A DNA stretch of 58,723 nucleotides, filler included, from Nitrospinota bacterium (GTDB lineage Bacteria > JADFOP01): NCBI GenBank assembly GCA_022562795.1. It is 6 parts of 6 records of this genome, joined end to end, with 100 filler letters (N's around TTAATTAATTAA, not from the genome) between each part and the next. Parts side by side here need not be neighbours in the genome. Positions count along the whole stretch, not along the records: positions 44,276 to 49,100 come from JADFOP010000073.1; positions 49,201 to 53,935 come from JADFOP010000074.1; positions 54,036 to 58,723 come from JADFOP010000075.1; 3 more parts are not named here. One strand, 5' to 3'. Each line of letters opens with the position of its first letter. Within the stretch, counting starts at the first letter, position 1. Both the position numbers and the translations under genes were made by a program. Below are positions 46,557-56,926 of this stretch, in pieces. The notes below the pieces were generated by a model. It made no database searches, was not told where the DNA came from, and saw only the letters and a program-made list of their open reading frames with translations.

Positions 46557-47237
46557 CTATTCGTCCTCATAGGCCAGCGGATCGGTAATCCCCGCTTCGG
46601 CGAAGCCTTTGAGGCGAAGGAAGCAGCTTTCGCAGCGGCCGCAGGCGACCGTCCCTTCATGGTAGCAGCTCCAGGTCAACTGCATGGGAGCGCCCAAGCG
46701 GTTGCCGACCCGCACGATCTCTGCCTTGTTGAGGTGGATGATGGGGGTCACAATCTCGATTTTCGTCTCGGGCCGGGTGCCGAGCTTCACCACCTCGCGG
46801 AAGGCCTCGAAGAAGACCTCCCGGCAGTCGGGGTAGCCGGAGGAGTCGTCCCAGACGGCCCCGCACCAGACGGACGATGCGCCCAGTGTCTCGGCCCACG
46901 AGACCCCGGCGGCCAGCATGTGGGTGTTACGGAATGGGACGTAGGAGGTGGGGACGACCCCCGGCTCGGGCGGGCCCTCGCGTACGGGGATCGCCCGGTC
47001 GGTGAGGCTGGAGCCGCCGACCTGCTCGAGGGCCGGCAGGCGGGCGACGAGGCGCTCCTCGACGCCGTAGTGGTCGCAGACGGCGTTGAAGGCCGCGAGC
47101 TCGCGGGCCTCGGAGCGCTGGCCGTACTGGAGGTGGCAGGCTGCCAGACGGCCCTTCTGGTGGGCGAGCGCGGCGGTGACGCAGGAGTCGAGCCCGCCGC
47201 TCATAAGAACCACCGCCAGGGCGCCTTCGTCCGCCAC
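46557..47237 (-). CDS. queC: 7-cyano-7-deazaguanine synthase
   Basis: SGGLDS, YVPFRN, GYPDCR, TWSCY...CGRCESC. Confidence 0.96.
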   Translation of the reverse strand: MADEGALAVVLMSGGLDSCVTAALAHQKGRLAACHLQYGQRSEARELAAFNAVCDHYGVEERLVARLPALEQVGGSSLTDRAIPVREGPPEPGVVPTSYVPFRNTHMLAAGVSWAETLGASSVWCGAVWDDSSGYPDCREVFFEAFREVVKLGTRPETKIEIVTPIIHLNKAEIVRVGNRLGAPMQLTWSCYHEGTVACGRCESCFLRLKGFAEAGITDPLAYEDE

Positions 47238-47912
47238 CTAGACCCCCTCCGTATCAGCGCCCCAGCGGTATTTGCGAAGCTGGATGTTGAGCCGCACCGG
47301 GAGCCCCTCCTTGAGAACCCACCCGGCCAGGACCTCTGGGGCGAGCTCGCCCCAGACGGGGCTGAAGAGCACCGTGGCCCGGTCGGCGAGCCCGTGGCTT
47401 TCCACCTGCTCGGCGGCCCAGCGGAAGTCCCGCTCGTCGGCGATGACGAACTTGACCTCGTGGTGGGGCCTCAGCGCCTCGACGTTGTCCCACAACATGT
47501 GCTCTGTGCAGCCGCTGCCGGGGCACTTGAGGTCGAGGATGACGACCGCCCGGGGGTCAACGGGCGTTATATCTATGCTTCCGCTGGTCTCCACAATAAC
47601 CGTGTAGTCGCGCTCGGCCAGAGCCGTTATGAGGTCGAAGGCCGCCGGCTGCAGCAAAGGCTCGCCCCCCGTCACGCTCGCGGTCTTCGTCGGGTGGCGC
47701 TCCACCCACGAGACGGCCTCCTCCACCGTCATGTCCTTGCCCGCCTTGAAGGCCTGGGTGGTATCACACCACCGGCAGCGCAAGTTGCATCGGGCCAGCC
47801 GGACGAATGCGCAGGGCTCGCCGGTCCGCGTCCCCTCGCCTTGGATGCTGAAGAAGAGCTCGTGTACGTTGAGCAGCGCGTTTCGGTCCTTCACGTCGTC
47901 GTCTCCATACAA
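47238..47912 (-). CDS. queE: 7-carboxy-7-deazaguanine synthase
   Basis: FFSIQGEG, CNLRCRWCDT, TGGEPLLQ. Adjacent to queC. Confidence 0.92.
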   Translation of the reverse strand: MYGDDDVKDRNALLNVHELFFSIQGEGTRTGEPCAFVRLARCNLRCRWCDTTQAFKAGKDMTVEEAVSWVERHPTKTASVTGGEPLLQPAAFDLITALAERDYTVIVETSGSIDITPVDPRAVVILDLKCPGSGCTEHMLWDNVEALRPHHEVKFVIADERDFRWAAEQVESHGLADRATVLFSPVWGELAPEVLAGWVLKEGLPVRLNIQLRKYRWGADTEGV

Positions 47913-47933
47913 GGCCGAAGCCTCGTCGTCGTC

Positions 47934-49100
47934 TTAGGAATCGTCAATCTGAGCCCCGAGAGCGGCCAGAGGGCCCGCTGCCTTATCGAGCGTCTCCCGC
48001 CACTCGGCCTCGGGGTCGCTGTCGGCAACCACCGCCCCTCCGACGTGGAAGTAGGCCCGCCCGCCACGGGCCAGGATGGTTCGGATGACGATGTTGAGGT
48101 CGACATCGCCCGTAGCCGACAGGTACCCCAGTGCCCCGGCGTACGGACCCCGGGCGACCGGCTCAAGCTCGTCAATAATCTCCATGGCCCGAATCTTAGG
48201 CGCGCCCGTCATGGAGCCGCCCGGAAAGCAGGCCCGGATGGCATCGAAGGGGTCGGCGTCTGGCTTGAGCTCACCTTCGATTGTGGAGACCAGCTGGAAG
48301 ACGTTGGCGTAGGGCTCGATGATGAGAAACTCCGTTACCTCGACGGAGCCGATTCGGCAGACCCGGCCCAGGTCGTTTCGGACCAGGTCGACGATCATCA
48401 CGTTCTCGCACCGGTCCTTCTCGCTCGCCGCCAGAGCGTGACGGAGCGAATTGTCCTCGTCGGGGGTGCGGCCCCGGGGCCGGGTCCCCTTGATGGGCCG
48501 ACACTGGGCCCTCCGCTCAACGATCCGAAGAAACCGCTCCGGCGAGGCGCTGAGTATCTGGAAGTCGCCGAGGTCGAGGTAGGCGGCAAAGGGCGCAGGG
48601 CTCACGGCCCTGAGGCGGCGGTAAATTGCAAGTGGCTCGGCCTCGAGGGGGCCGTCTAAGCGGTGGGTGAGGCATACCTCCAGCGCGTCGCCCGCGGCGA
48701 TGTACTCCTTGATTCGCTCCACCTTATCCAGGTAAGCCCGACGGGAGACGATGGGCCGGATGAGCCCTCCGCTCGGGGGGGCATCCGGTCGGGGCTCCGG
48801 AGGGTGGCTCGCCGCCTCGGCCACCCGCTGGAGAAGCAATTCAAGGTCGGCCTGTGCCCGCTTGCCCGCAAGATGGGCGGTTGCCTCACGCGCGCCCGTA
48901 GCGAAGGCGTAGGCCTGGCCCGTGGCGTGGTCAACTCCGAGGCCGCTGTCGTAGAAGGTAAGCACCAGATCATCGGTGCCCAGATCGTCTTGGGACCGGC
49001 ATGGGAGGCGCTCGAGGTGGCGGGCCAGCTCGTAGCCGCAATACCCCACGGCGCCACCTAGGAATGGCAGCCGCCCGTCGCGCCCGACCCTCCGCCCGCC
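47934..49100 (-). CDS. pabB: Aminodeoxychorismate synthase component I / anthranilate synthase-like (5' partial)
   Basis: SPAPFAAY, SASPERFL, PIKGTRPR, ENVMIVDLVRNDL, FPGGSMTGAPK. Confidence 0.85.
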   Translation of the reverse strand, partial: GGRRVGRDGRLPFLGGAVGYCGYELARHLERLPCRSQDDLGTDDLVLTFYDSGLGVDHATGQAYAFATGAREATAHLAGKRAQADLELLLQRVAEAASHPPEPRPDAPPSGGLIRPIVSRRAYLDKVERIKEYIAAGDALEVCLTHRLDGPLEAEPLAIYRRLRAVSPAPFAAYLDLGDFQILSASPERFLRIVERRAQCRPIKGTRPRGRTPDEDNSLRHALAASEKDRCENVMIVDLVRNDLGRVCRIGSVEVTEFLIIEPYANVFQLVSTIEGELKPDADPFDAIRACFPGGSMTGAPKIRAMEIIDELEPVARGPYAGALGYLSATGDVDLNIVIRTILARGGRAYFHVGGAVVADSDPEAEWRETLDKAAGPLAALGAQIDDS

Positions 49101-49200
49101 NNNNNNNNNNNNNNNNNNNNNNNNNNNNNNNNNNNNNNNNNNNNTTAATTAATTAANNNNNNNNNNNNNNNNNNNNNNNNNNNNNNNNNNNNNNNNNNNN
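49101..49200. other. Artificial contig linker
   Basis: N-TTAATTAATTAA-N. Confidence 0.98.
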
Positions 49201-49400
49201 AAGGAGGATAGTGTAATGAAGCCTGTGCGTCAAGAGAGAAAGCACCTCAAGAATAGGTGGTTTAAGGTTATCTGGTTTCTCATGGGCTTGTGAACAATAC
49301 CGACCTAAGTATCCGGAAGAAGCCCCTTGCCATCCCGCTGGTTTGGAGTCTCAAGACAAAGTGGCCCCTCGACTCGATACAATTACGCACTAACTGACTA

Positions 49401-49850
49401 AACCGAGATTATGCGGCTGTTTATAGCGAATGACCTAAATCTCCTCTTTTACAGACCTTTTGTTACACTTTTTATATGAAGGTGGCCAAAACATGTGGAA
49501 GCCCATCTCAATCAGCCCCATCCTAGCAGAATCTTACTTCAAATACCACCTTTTTAGGTCTCAGGGCAGAGCACCCCTTCAAGCAGGACCGCAACCTTTT
49601 CAATGCCTCCTAGGAGCCCCATTCAAGAACCGCCCGCCAGTGGTGAGCCAAGGGAAAAGCTGAGGCCACATGAACATGCCACCTCCTGGCGTGATAAGAA
49701 ACCCTGGCCCCAACCTTTATGAGACGCTTTATAAGCCATTCGATGGACCGCCGTACTTCCTCACCTCAGACGTAGAATTGCCTAAGCATGTGCAGAAGAT
49801 TGTAGGCGAAAACCCCCATCTTCAGCCGGGCCTGGTTGGCCTCGAAGAGG
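49401..49850. mobile_element. Probable mobile-element remnant
   Basis: Begins with the 114-bp segment shared with 2646-2759. The right boundary is a guess. Confidence 0.4.
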
Positions 49851-49953
49851 GCAGGATCGATTCGGAGAAAATCGGCGTCGTTACATTCCTCTTAGCCAGC
49901 AGCTATTTGGTAAACTCTTTTACGGATTATTTGCACAGAGAGGGGAGCCTGCT

Positions 49954-51090
49954 ATGGTAAAGCCCTGCGCGACAGTAGATGGGACGGCCGCCTACCGGGT
50001 TCGGTTCGTTGACCGGTTGGATGCCGAGCACTTTGGGTCGTTGGACGGCCTCACCGTCTCATCTATCGGTCTCGGGACGTATCTTGGCGATTCCAACGAC
50101 GAGGCGGATGAGGCGTACTTCCAGGCCATCCGGGAAGCCCTGCGCCTCGGCTGTAACGCCTTCGATGCCGCTATCAATTACCGCTGTCAGCGGAGCGAGC
50201 GGGTCATCGGCCGAGCCTTGAAGGAAGCGATCGCCGCCGGCGAGGTTTCACGCCAGGAGGTGGTGGTGGCCACCAAGGGAGGGTTTGTCCCCTTCGACGG
50301 CTCCGCACCCTCCGATCCGGGGGCCTACTTCATCGAGACCTTCGTAGAGACCGGCTTGTGTGAGCCGTCCGACCTGGTGGCAGGCTGTCACGTTATGACG
50401 CCCGGCTACCTGGCCGACCAGATTGAGCGAAGCCTGGAGAATATGGAGCTCGAGTGCATCGACCTCTACTACATCCACAATCCTGAGACCCAACTCTCTG
50501 TCGTCGACCGTGAAACCTACGAGGAGCGCCTTCGGGGAGCCTTCACCGCATTGGAGGAGGCGGTTGCGGCCGGGAAGATACGCCGCTACGGCGCGGCCAC
50601 GTGGACCGGATTTCGGGTGGAGCCGGGGCAGTCCGAGCACCTGAGCCTCGAGGATATGGTGGCCGCCGCCCGAGATGTCGGCGGAGAAGACCACCACTTT
50701 CGGGCTATCCAGCTTCCCTACAACCTCGCTATGCCCGAGGCCTTCTTTAAAAAAACTCAGGAGGTCGGGGGCAGCCGAACCTCGCTTGTGGAGGCCGCCA
50801 GTGGCTTTGGTCTGGCCACTATCGCCAGCGCGAGCCTGCTCCAGGCTCAGCTCGCCACCGGCCTGCCGCCTGGTGTAGGCGACGTTTTTTCCGGCTTTGC
50901 CTCCGACGCTCAACGGGCCATCCAGTTCGTCCGCTCGACACCGGACATCTGTGTCGCTTTGGTGGGCATGGGCTCGGTGTCCCACGTCCAAGAGAACCTT
51001 GAGATGGCCGCCGTGGCCCCACTCACCCCCGATCAATTCCTGGCGGCATTTTCGGCCCAAGGCGGTGGGCAAGAGGGTTCCCCGAGCTGA
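49954..51090 (+). CDS. Aldo/keto reductase
   Basis: SIGLGTY, D.AINYR.QRSE, IDLYYIHNPE, IQLPYN. Confidence 0.9.
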   Translation: MVKPCATVDGTAAYRVRFVDRLDAEHFGSLDGLTVSSIGLGTYLGDSNDEADEAYFQAIREALRLGCNAFDAAINYRCQRSERVIGRALKEAIAAGEVSRQEVVVATKGGFVPFDGSAPSDPGAYFIETFVETGLCEPSDLVAGCHVMTPGYLADQIERSLENMELECIDLYYIHNPETQLSVVDRETYEERLRGAFTALEEAVAAGKIRRYGAATWTGFRVEPGQSEHLSLEDMVAAARDVGGEDHHFRAIQLPYNLAMPEAFFKKTQEVGGSRTSLVEAASGFGLATIASASLLQAQLATGLPPGVGDVFSGFASDAQRAIQFVRSTPDICVALVGMGSVSHVQENLEMAAVAPLTPDQFLAAFSAQGGGQEGSPS

Positions 51091-51198
51091 TTCAGTCCGT
51101 TGCAGTACGGTGAGGTGAATCGCTCTTGACAGCCAGTGGGGCCCGATGGTACAAGGGGCGCGCTATTCGGCCTCCCTCTAAAGCGAGGAAGCACGGTT

Positions 51199-51975
51199 AT
51201 GGATAGTCTCCGCATGGATGGCAAGGTGGCCTTGGTAACTGGGGTCGCCAATCATCGGAGCATCGCCTGGGCGATTGCCAAGGCCCTTCACGCCGCCGGG
51301 GCCACCCTGGTCTTCACTTACCAGGGCGAGCGGTTGAAGGACGCGGTGGAGGAGCTGGCGGGCTCTCTGGGCTCTGAGCTCGTATTGCCATGTGATGTCA
51401 CCGACGAGGAAGAGGTCGCCGCCGTGGCCCGCTCAATCGAAAAGAGCCACGGGCGCCTTCACGGCCTCGTCCACTCCATAGCCTTCGCCAAGCGCGAAGA
51501 GCTTGCGGGCTCTTACCTCGACACCTCGCCCGAGGGATACCGCATCGCCCATGACGTTAGCGCCTACTCCCTGGTCACCCTATGCCGCCACGCCGCCCCA
51601 CTTCTGTCGGTCGAGGGAGGAAGCGTCGTGGCGCTCACCTACCTGGGCAGCGAGCGGGTTGTGCCCCACTACAACGTGATGGGTGTAGCAAAGGCCTCCC
51701 TTGAGGCGAGCATCCGCTACCTGGCCTACGACCTGGGGCCAAAGAAGATTAGGGTCAACGGGGTCAGTGCAGGTCCCATCAAAACCCTGGCGAGCCGCGT
51801 CATCGCCGACTTCAATGACATGCTGGCCCACGTCGAGGCCCGGGCGCCTCTGAGGCGCAACGTGGAGGTTTCCGAGGTGGCTCAGGCCACGGCCTTCCTG
51901 TTGAGCGACCTCGCAAGCGGCATCACCGGAGAGGTCCTCTACGTTGACGCCGGCTACCACGTGATGGGCATGTAG
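51199..51975 (+). CDS. fabI: Enoyl-ACP reductase
   Basis: GVANHRSIAWAIA, SAYSL, YNVMGVAKASLE, SAGPIKTLA. Confidence 0.95.
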   Translation: MDSLRMDGKVALVTGVANHRSIAWAIAKALHAAGATLVFTYQGERLKDAVEELAGSLGSELVLPCDVTDEEEVAAVARSIEKSHGRLHGLVHSIAFAKREELAGSYLDTSPEGYRIAHDVSAYSLVTLCRHAAPLLSVEGGSVVALTYLGSERVVPHYNVMGVAKASLEASIRYLAYDLGPKKIRVNGVSAGPIKTLASRVIADFNDMLAHVEARAPLRRNVEVSEVAQATAFLLSDLASGITGEVLYVDAGYHVMGM

Positions 51976-51996
51976 ATGGAATTCGTGAGGAACCCC

Positions 51997-52248
51997 ATGA
52001 AGCTGCGACGCGCTGGAACGATCAGCTGCTTAGTGCTCTTTGGAGCGGTCCTGCTTGCCGGGTGCGGCCCAACCGACGCCGACTTCAACAGGGTTGAGAT
52101 AGGCATGAGCACCGAAGAGGTGAAGGCCATTATGGGCGAGCCCCAAAGAACCAAGGTAATCCTTGGAGCGGCGGAGCAGTGGGTCTACAAGGAGACCTAC
52201 GTCGTCCAGTTCGCTCTGGACAAGGTTATTATAAAAGAGAAGCGCTAG
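51997..52248 (+). CDS. Small lipoprotein (SmpA/BamE-like)
   Basis: Lipobox LLAGC, then IGMSTEEVKAIMGEP...EQWVY. Confidence 0.75.
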   Translation: MKLRRAGTISCLVLFGAVLLAGCGPTDADFNRVEIGMSTEEVKAIMGEPQRTKVILGAAEQWVYKETYVVQFALDKVIIKEKR

Positions 52249-52274
52249 TCCCCCCCCTCAATTATTCCAAGGAG

Positions 52275-53162
52275 ATGATATCAGTGCGGACCTATCTCCC
52301 TACGGTCTTGCTAGCCCTTTTCGTATTGGGGCTACCTATTGCCCAAGCCACACAGATCTACCGCTGGAGTGACGATCAGGGGACCATCCACTTCACCACC
52401 GACCCAGGAGAAATTCCCGAAGAGTTCCGTGACCAGGTTAAAGAGATGCTCGCCAAGACCCCTACGATTGGGGAGAGCGAACCACCCTCGGCCCCAACGG
52501 TGGAAGCCTCCCAGTCGTCGTTTTCCGTGCCACTAAAAGCCGTCGGCTCAGCCCTCAAGGTGGAAGCGGTGCTGAACGACACCGTTATCACCTCTTTCCT
52601 CCTCGATACGGGCTCTGGCAAGACCCTCATCAACCCCGAGACCGCCCGGCGGCTCAACCTCGACGTGGGGCCCTCCAACCCGGCTATCGCGGGCTACGTT
52701 GCGGGCGGCGCCATGGTCACCTTCCCCGTGGTCTACCTGGAGCGCTTTTCCCTGGGGCAGGTGGCCCTCGAGGACCTGCCGGTGTTAGTCGGAGGGGGGC
52801 CGCAGCTGATGGGGATGGACGTCCTCCAGCAGTTTCGCTACTCCATCGACTCGGCCAACACCCGCCTGGTCCTAAATCTCAAGCCTGAAACCACGTCGGG
52901 CGAGGGCCGGGGCGGCCACAACAGGCTCTGGTGGAAGCGAAAGTTCGCCTTTTTGAAGGAACGGATAGGCGAGGAAAAAGCTCTCGAAGCTAAGCTCGAC
53001 GAGCAGCTGCAGGCCCTACCAGCCGGTCAAGAGCGGCTCCAGCTCCTCCACATGCGAAAGGAGGTGGCCGGACGCAAGGAGACGTGGCGAGGCAGGCTCC
53101 GGGACCTCGAGCTTAAGGCCGCGGGGGCGATGGTGCCCCTTGAGTGGCGCGGCCCTCCGTGA
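52275..53162 (+). CDS. DUF4124 + retropepsin-like aspartyl protease
   Basis: IYRWSDDQGTIHFT, FLLDTGS, LMGMDVL. AAGGAG RBS. Confidence 0.85.
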   Translation: MISVRTYLPTVLLALFVLGLPIAQATQIYRWSDDQGTIHFTTDPGEIPEEFRDQVKEMLAKTPTIGESEPPSAPTVEASQSSFSVPLKAVGSALKVEAVLNDTVITSFLLDTGSGKTLINPETARRLNLDVGPSNPAIAGYVAGGAMVTFPVVYLERFSLGQVALEDLPVLVGGGPQLMGMDVLQQFRYSIDSANTRLVLNLKPETTSGEGRGGHNRLWWKRKFAFLKERIGEEKALEAKLDEQLQALPAGQERLQLLHMRKEVAGRKETWRGRLRDLELKAAGAMVPLEWRGPP

Positions 53163-53935
53163 TAACCATCGACGGCGCCTTTGGGGCCGGCGGGGGCCAG
53201 ATGCTGAGAACCGCCCTTGGGCTCTCCGCCGTCACCGCTCAGCCCTTCCGCATGGTCAACATTCGGGCCGGTCGTCCCAAGGCGGGCCTGGCCGAGCAAC
53301 ACCTCCAGGCCGTGAAGGCGGTGGCCTCTCTCTGCCGAGGAAAAGTCACGGGGGCCGAGCTCCGCTCGACGGAGCTAACGTTCACACCGGGGCCCCTAAC
53401 CACGGGCAGCCTGCAAGTCCCCATCAGGACGGCCGGCAGCGTGGGCCTCGTGCTCCAGTCGCTCCTCATACCGGCGACCCGCCTCGCATTGGACCTGACG
53501 GTAAAGGGTGGGGCCACCTACGGCAAGTTCGCCATGCCGGTCCACCACCTAAAATACGTAATGCTCCCCCTGCTTGAGAAGATGGGATGGGGCGCGAAGG
53601 TGGTCGTGGAGAGTGAGGGCTTCTTCCCCAAAGGGGGCGCGCGGGTGCGGGTTACGTCTAAGCCGGGACGCCTTAGCCCCTTGGCCCTCGAGGCGCCGGG
53701 CCGCCTAAAAGCCGTCGCGGGCATCTCGGTAGCTCACCGCTCCCTCGAAGGAGCCCGCGTCGCCGACCGGCAGGCCGAGGCCGCCGCCGATCGGCTCCTC
53801 ACGCTCATGCCCGGCGCGGGACACATGGTTCATATGCCCTCGCACATCTATATGCGCTTGGGCCGCTTCGAAGACGCTGCGGTCTTCCAGTTCGAGAATC
53901 CGGCAGGGGATCTCTTCGTGACCCGCCTGTTTGGC
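53144..53935 (+). CDS. rtcA: RNA 3'-terminal phosphate cyclase (partial, chimeric 3' end)
   Basis: IDG..G.GGGQMLRTAL, NIRAGRPKAGLAEQHL, TAGSVGLVLQ, GFFPKGG. Confidence 0.82.
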
Positions 53936-54035
53936 NNNNNNNNNNNNNNNNNNNNNNNNNNNNNNNNNNNNNNNNNNNNTTAATTAATTAANNNNNNNNN
54001 NNNNNNNNNNNNNNNNNNNNNNNNNNNNNNNNNNN
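53936..54035. other. Artificial contig linker
   Basis: N-TTAATTAATTAA-N. Confidence 0.98.
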
Positions 54036-54192
54036 CGAGCAGCACCACATCGGGCCTCTCCCGTTTGTAGGCCGCCAGGGCTTGTTCGCCGTCGTAGGCC
54101 TCAGTAACGCTGAAGCCATTGCCCTTTAGCAAGTCTCGAAGCGCCTCGCAGAAATCAGGCTCGTCGTCTACCACTAAAATTTTACTTGGCAT
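54036..54192 (-). CDS. Response regulator receiver (3' partial)
   Basis: KILVVDDEP...PDVVLL. Confidence 0.88.
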
Positions 54193-56039
54193 CAGCTGTC
54201 CTTCCTCTCCTCCACGCCCAGCCGGACAACGAAGGCCGCTCCCCCTCCGGGTACGTTCTCAGCCCAGATCGAGCCCCCGTGGGCCTCGACGATGCCCTGA
54301 CAGATCGAAAGACCCAGTCCCGTCCCCTCACCCTCGCCCTTCGTGGTGAAGAATGGGTCGAAGAGCTTATCGAGGTGCTCGGGGGCTATACCTTCACCCG
54401 TATCCTCGACCCGAAGCTCCACACACTGGTTCTCATCGGTCAGGATCGCCTCGGTGCTCAGGATGAGTCGGCCCCCGCCGGGCATGGCATCCCGGGCGTT
54501 GGTGAGCAGGTTGAGGACCACCTGCTGGATCTGGTCCAGGTCGGCCAAGACGGAGGGCAACCTCTCTTCAAGCTTCAGCTCCACCTCGATGTTTTCCAGC
54601 CGCAGGTCCCGCTCCAGCAGGCCGAGAGTCCGCTCGGCTGTCTCGCCGAGGTCGAGCCGACGGCGCTCTGGCTCCCGCTGGCGGGAGAATGAGAGGAGGT
54701 CGCGGGTGATCTTGGCGATGCGATTAGCATGCTTCTCCAGGATCCGCAGGTAGTGGAGAACCCCTGAGGGGGTGTCAGGATCGCTAATCATCGCATGGAG
54801 ACGCAGCATGATGACGTTCAGGGGGTTCAGTATCTCATGGGAGACCCCGGCGGTGAGCCGTCCCACGGCCGCCAGCTTCGCGGCGGCGACGGCCGAGGCC
54901 TGGACCCGCTCCAGGGCGTCGTATGCCTGCCGGAGCTCTTCGTGTCTTTTACGCAGCTCATCCTCGGCCCCTTTGAGCTCCCTAAGGTCCTTGCTGAACC
55001 CCACGCTCCCGGCCTCTTGGGCGTCCTCGTCGTAGAGAATGGAGGCCGAGGTCAAGACGGGGATGATGGTGCCGTCCTTCGCCCTAAAGGTCGTCTCGAA
55101 GGCCGAGATTGTGCCGCCGTCCTCGCGCATACGGCGCATCACCTCTTTAGCATCTTCTTCGTTCTCGTAGAGCACCGGCGAGCGACGACCGATGACATCC
55201 TCCCTCCCGAAGCCCGAGAGGTCCTCGGCGCCCTTGTTGAAGAGCACAACCTTTCCTGCCCTGTCGGTCGTAATGATGGCGTCTGTGGAACTCTCGATGA
55301 GTCGTTCAAGATGTTGCTTAGAATGGTGTACCTCTTTTTTGGATTCCCTAAGGCTCTCCTCGGTCTTAGCCATTTTAAAGGCCATTAAAACAACGGTGCT
55401 CATCAAGCCGAACCCAATCACATATAAGGAGGTAGAAAAACGTCCCACTAGGCTTTCAAGACTTTGTATTTTGCTTGTGACGTCGTAATAAGTCTCCAGC
55501 GCGCCAACAAACTTATTATTTCTCATTATTGGAACGGTCGTCTCCACAAAATAAACGGTCGTTGTCTTACCGTCAGAAAGTCTCACGTCTTTTCGCAAAA
55601 GATTTGTTTGAGCAACCCCTCTGGATATAATTCCGGCAATGAATTCTCCTCGACCGGACTCTCCTATTTCTCTGGTGCTAGAAGAATATAGTGTTTCCCC
55701 AGACCGTGAATAAATCCTCAGCTTCGTCACGTTAGGTTTTTTTTCTAGAAGTTTTTTCTCTAGATGTTTAACTTGCATTAAGAAATCACCTTGAATGCCG
55801 TCTCTCCCCAATTCCATCTTGCTTAAACCTAGTTCCAATGCCATGTCAAATGCTAAACCTTGTGCTTCATTTTTAATGTTAATAATTGTGGACCTAGTCA
55901 TTATAGGATAGAGGATATTAATATTAAGTATGGGATATATAATTACTGTGAGTATGGATAAAATGAGTATGTTTCTTAAAAATGTATTCTCAACAAAGAT
56001 ATCCATCCTTGTTTTTATTATTTTTGTTAATTTTCTCAT
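54192..56039 (-). CDS. Membrane PAS histidine kinase
   Basis: Two TM segments, PAS, SHEILNPL H-box, QVVLNLLTNA, DTGEG, PFFTTK and GTGLGL. Confidence 0.95.
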   Translation of the reverse strand: MRKLTKIIKTRMDIFVENTFLRNILILSILTVIIYPILNINILYPIMTRSTIINIKNEAQGLAFDMALELGLSKMELGRDGIQGDFLMQVKHLEKKLLEKKPNVTKLRIYSRSGETLYSSSTREIGESGRGEFIAGIISRGVAQTNLLRKDVRLSDGKTTTVYFVETTVPIMRNNKFVGALETYYDVTSKIQSLESLVGRFSTSLYVIGFGLMSTVVLMAFKMAKTEESLRESKKEVHHSKQHLERLIESSTDAIITTDRAGKVVLFNKGAEDLSGFGREDVIGRRSPVLYENEEDAKEVMRRMREDGGTISAFETTFRAKDGTIIPVLTSASILYDEDAQEAGSVGFSKDLRELKGAEDELRKRHEELRQAYDALERVQASAVAAAKLAAVGRLTAGVSHEILNPLNVIMLRLHAMISDPDTPSGVLHYLRILEKHANRIAKITRDLLSFSRQREPERRRLDLGETAERTLGLLERDLRLENIEVELKLEERLPSVLADLDQIQQVVLNLLTNARDAMPGGGRLILSTEAILTDENQCVELRVEDTGEGIAPEHLDKLFDPFFTTKGEGEGTGLGLSICQGIVEAHGGSIWAENVPGGGAAFVVRLGVEERKDS

Positions 56040-56232
56040 CGCACACTTCTCCCTCGAACCTCATGCGAACGAACCCGTGGCCCTTCGTCCCATCGAGGAG
56101 TTTCTCGTTGGTCGCCTTCGAACCTCCGATTTTGCATCTCCATATCCTAAACGAGTAAAGAGCCTTTAAACCTCTCCTCGATATCAGGGGGCCGAGAAAG
56201 ACCTCGGCCAGCTCGTAGCATCCGATCCAGCC

Positions 56233-56508
56233 CTATACCTTGCCTTTGGCTTTGCCTTTGCCTTTGGCTTTGTCTTTGCCTTTGGCTTTGCCTTTGCTTT
56301 TGGCTTTGCCTTTGCTTTTGGCTTTGTCCTCGTCGCTCCCGTTGGCCGAGCTTATTGAGGCGTCCACATTGCTTATGACGGTGCCTAACGTGGTACCGAG
56401 GCTCCGGAGCCCCAGAAGAATAACCACAACAATGAGAGCCACCAGGATGGCGTACTCCACCGCCGTAGCTCCCTTGTCACATTGGATGAGCCTTTTTTTG
56501 ATGTTCAT
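56233..56508 (-). CDS. Flp family type IVc pilin with Lys-rich tail
   Basis: G|ATAVEYAILVALI Flp motif and tail KAKSKGKAKSKGKAKGKDKAKGKGKAKGKV. Confidence 0.85.
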   Translation of the reverse strand: MNIKKRLIQCDKGATAVEYAILVALIVVVILLGLRSLGTTLGTVISNVDASISSANGSDEDKAKSKGKAKSKGKAKGKDKAKGKGKAKGKV

Positions 56509-56630
56509 TTTAGAATAATGCTGCCCCTCCTTACATGGCCGGTTGCGCGGTTTTGCTCCCGGAAGGGCTCGGGTTCCCCCAAGATACCCACGCCTTTCCC
56601 GATAGACTGGGCTTTTCGACTACAGAATTT

Positions 56631-56646
56631 TGCAAGGCTCGTGCCG
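56631..56646 (-). promoter_or_regulatory. sigma54 -24/-12 promoter upstream of the pilin
   Basis: Minus strand reads CGGCACGAGCCTTGCA. Confidence 0.7.
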
Positions 56647-56926
56647 TACTTGATCGGAGCCTTCCTCTCTCAGCACACTGCCATGGTAATAACCCATAAT
56701 ATATTGATAATATTGAAGAACTGGCCATATGCCGGGTGGCGTAGCGCCCCTCAACACAGAAATGATCCAATTTGGGTTGGAGGTGGGTTTTACCTTATCG
56801 TAAAGGACTAGAGGATATGATCAAAGCATCCCGCTTACTTTAGGACCCCTTCCACATTCAGAAGACCGTAGAGAGGCTAATTTTTTGGTCGCTTACAACG
56901 CCTCGGCCGAGAATCAATCGGGGTTA

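Noticed and set aside
46557-47912. queC/queE as a 7-deazaguanine DNA-modification (dpd) or QatABCD defence system
   Set aside because: Canonical housekeeping sequences beside pabB, with no dpdA or qat partners visible.
46659-48659. 666-aa plus-strand ORF
   Set aside because: Antisense shadow of queC, queE and pabB in GC-rich DNA.
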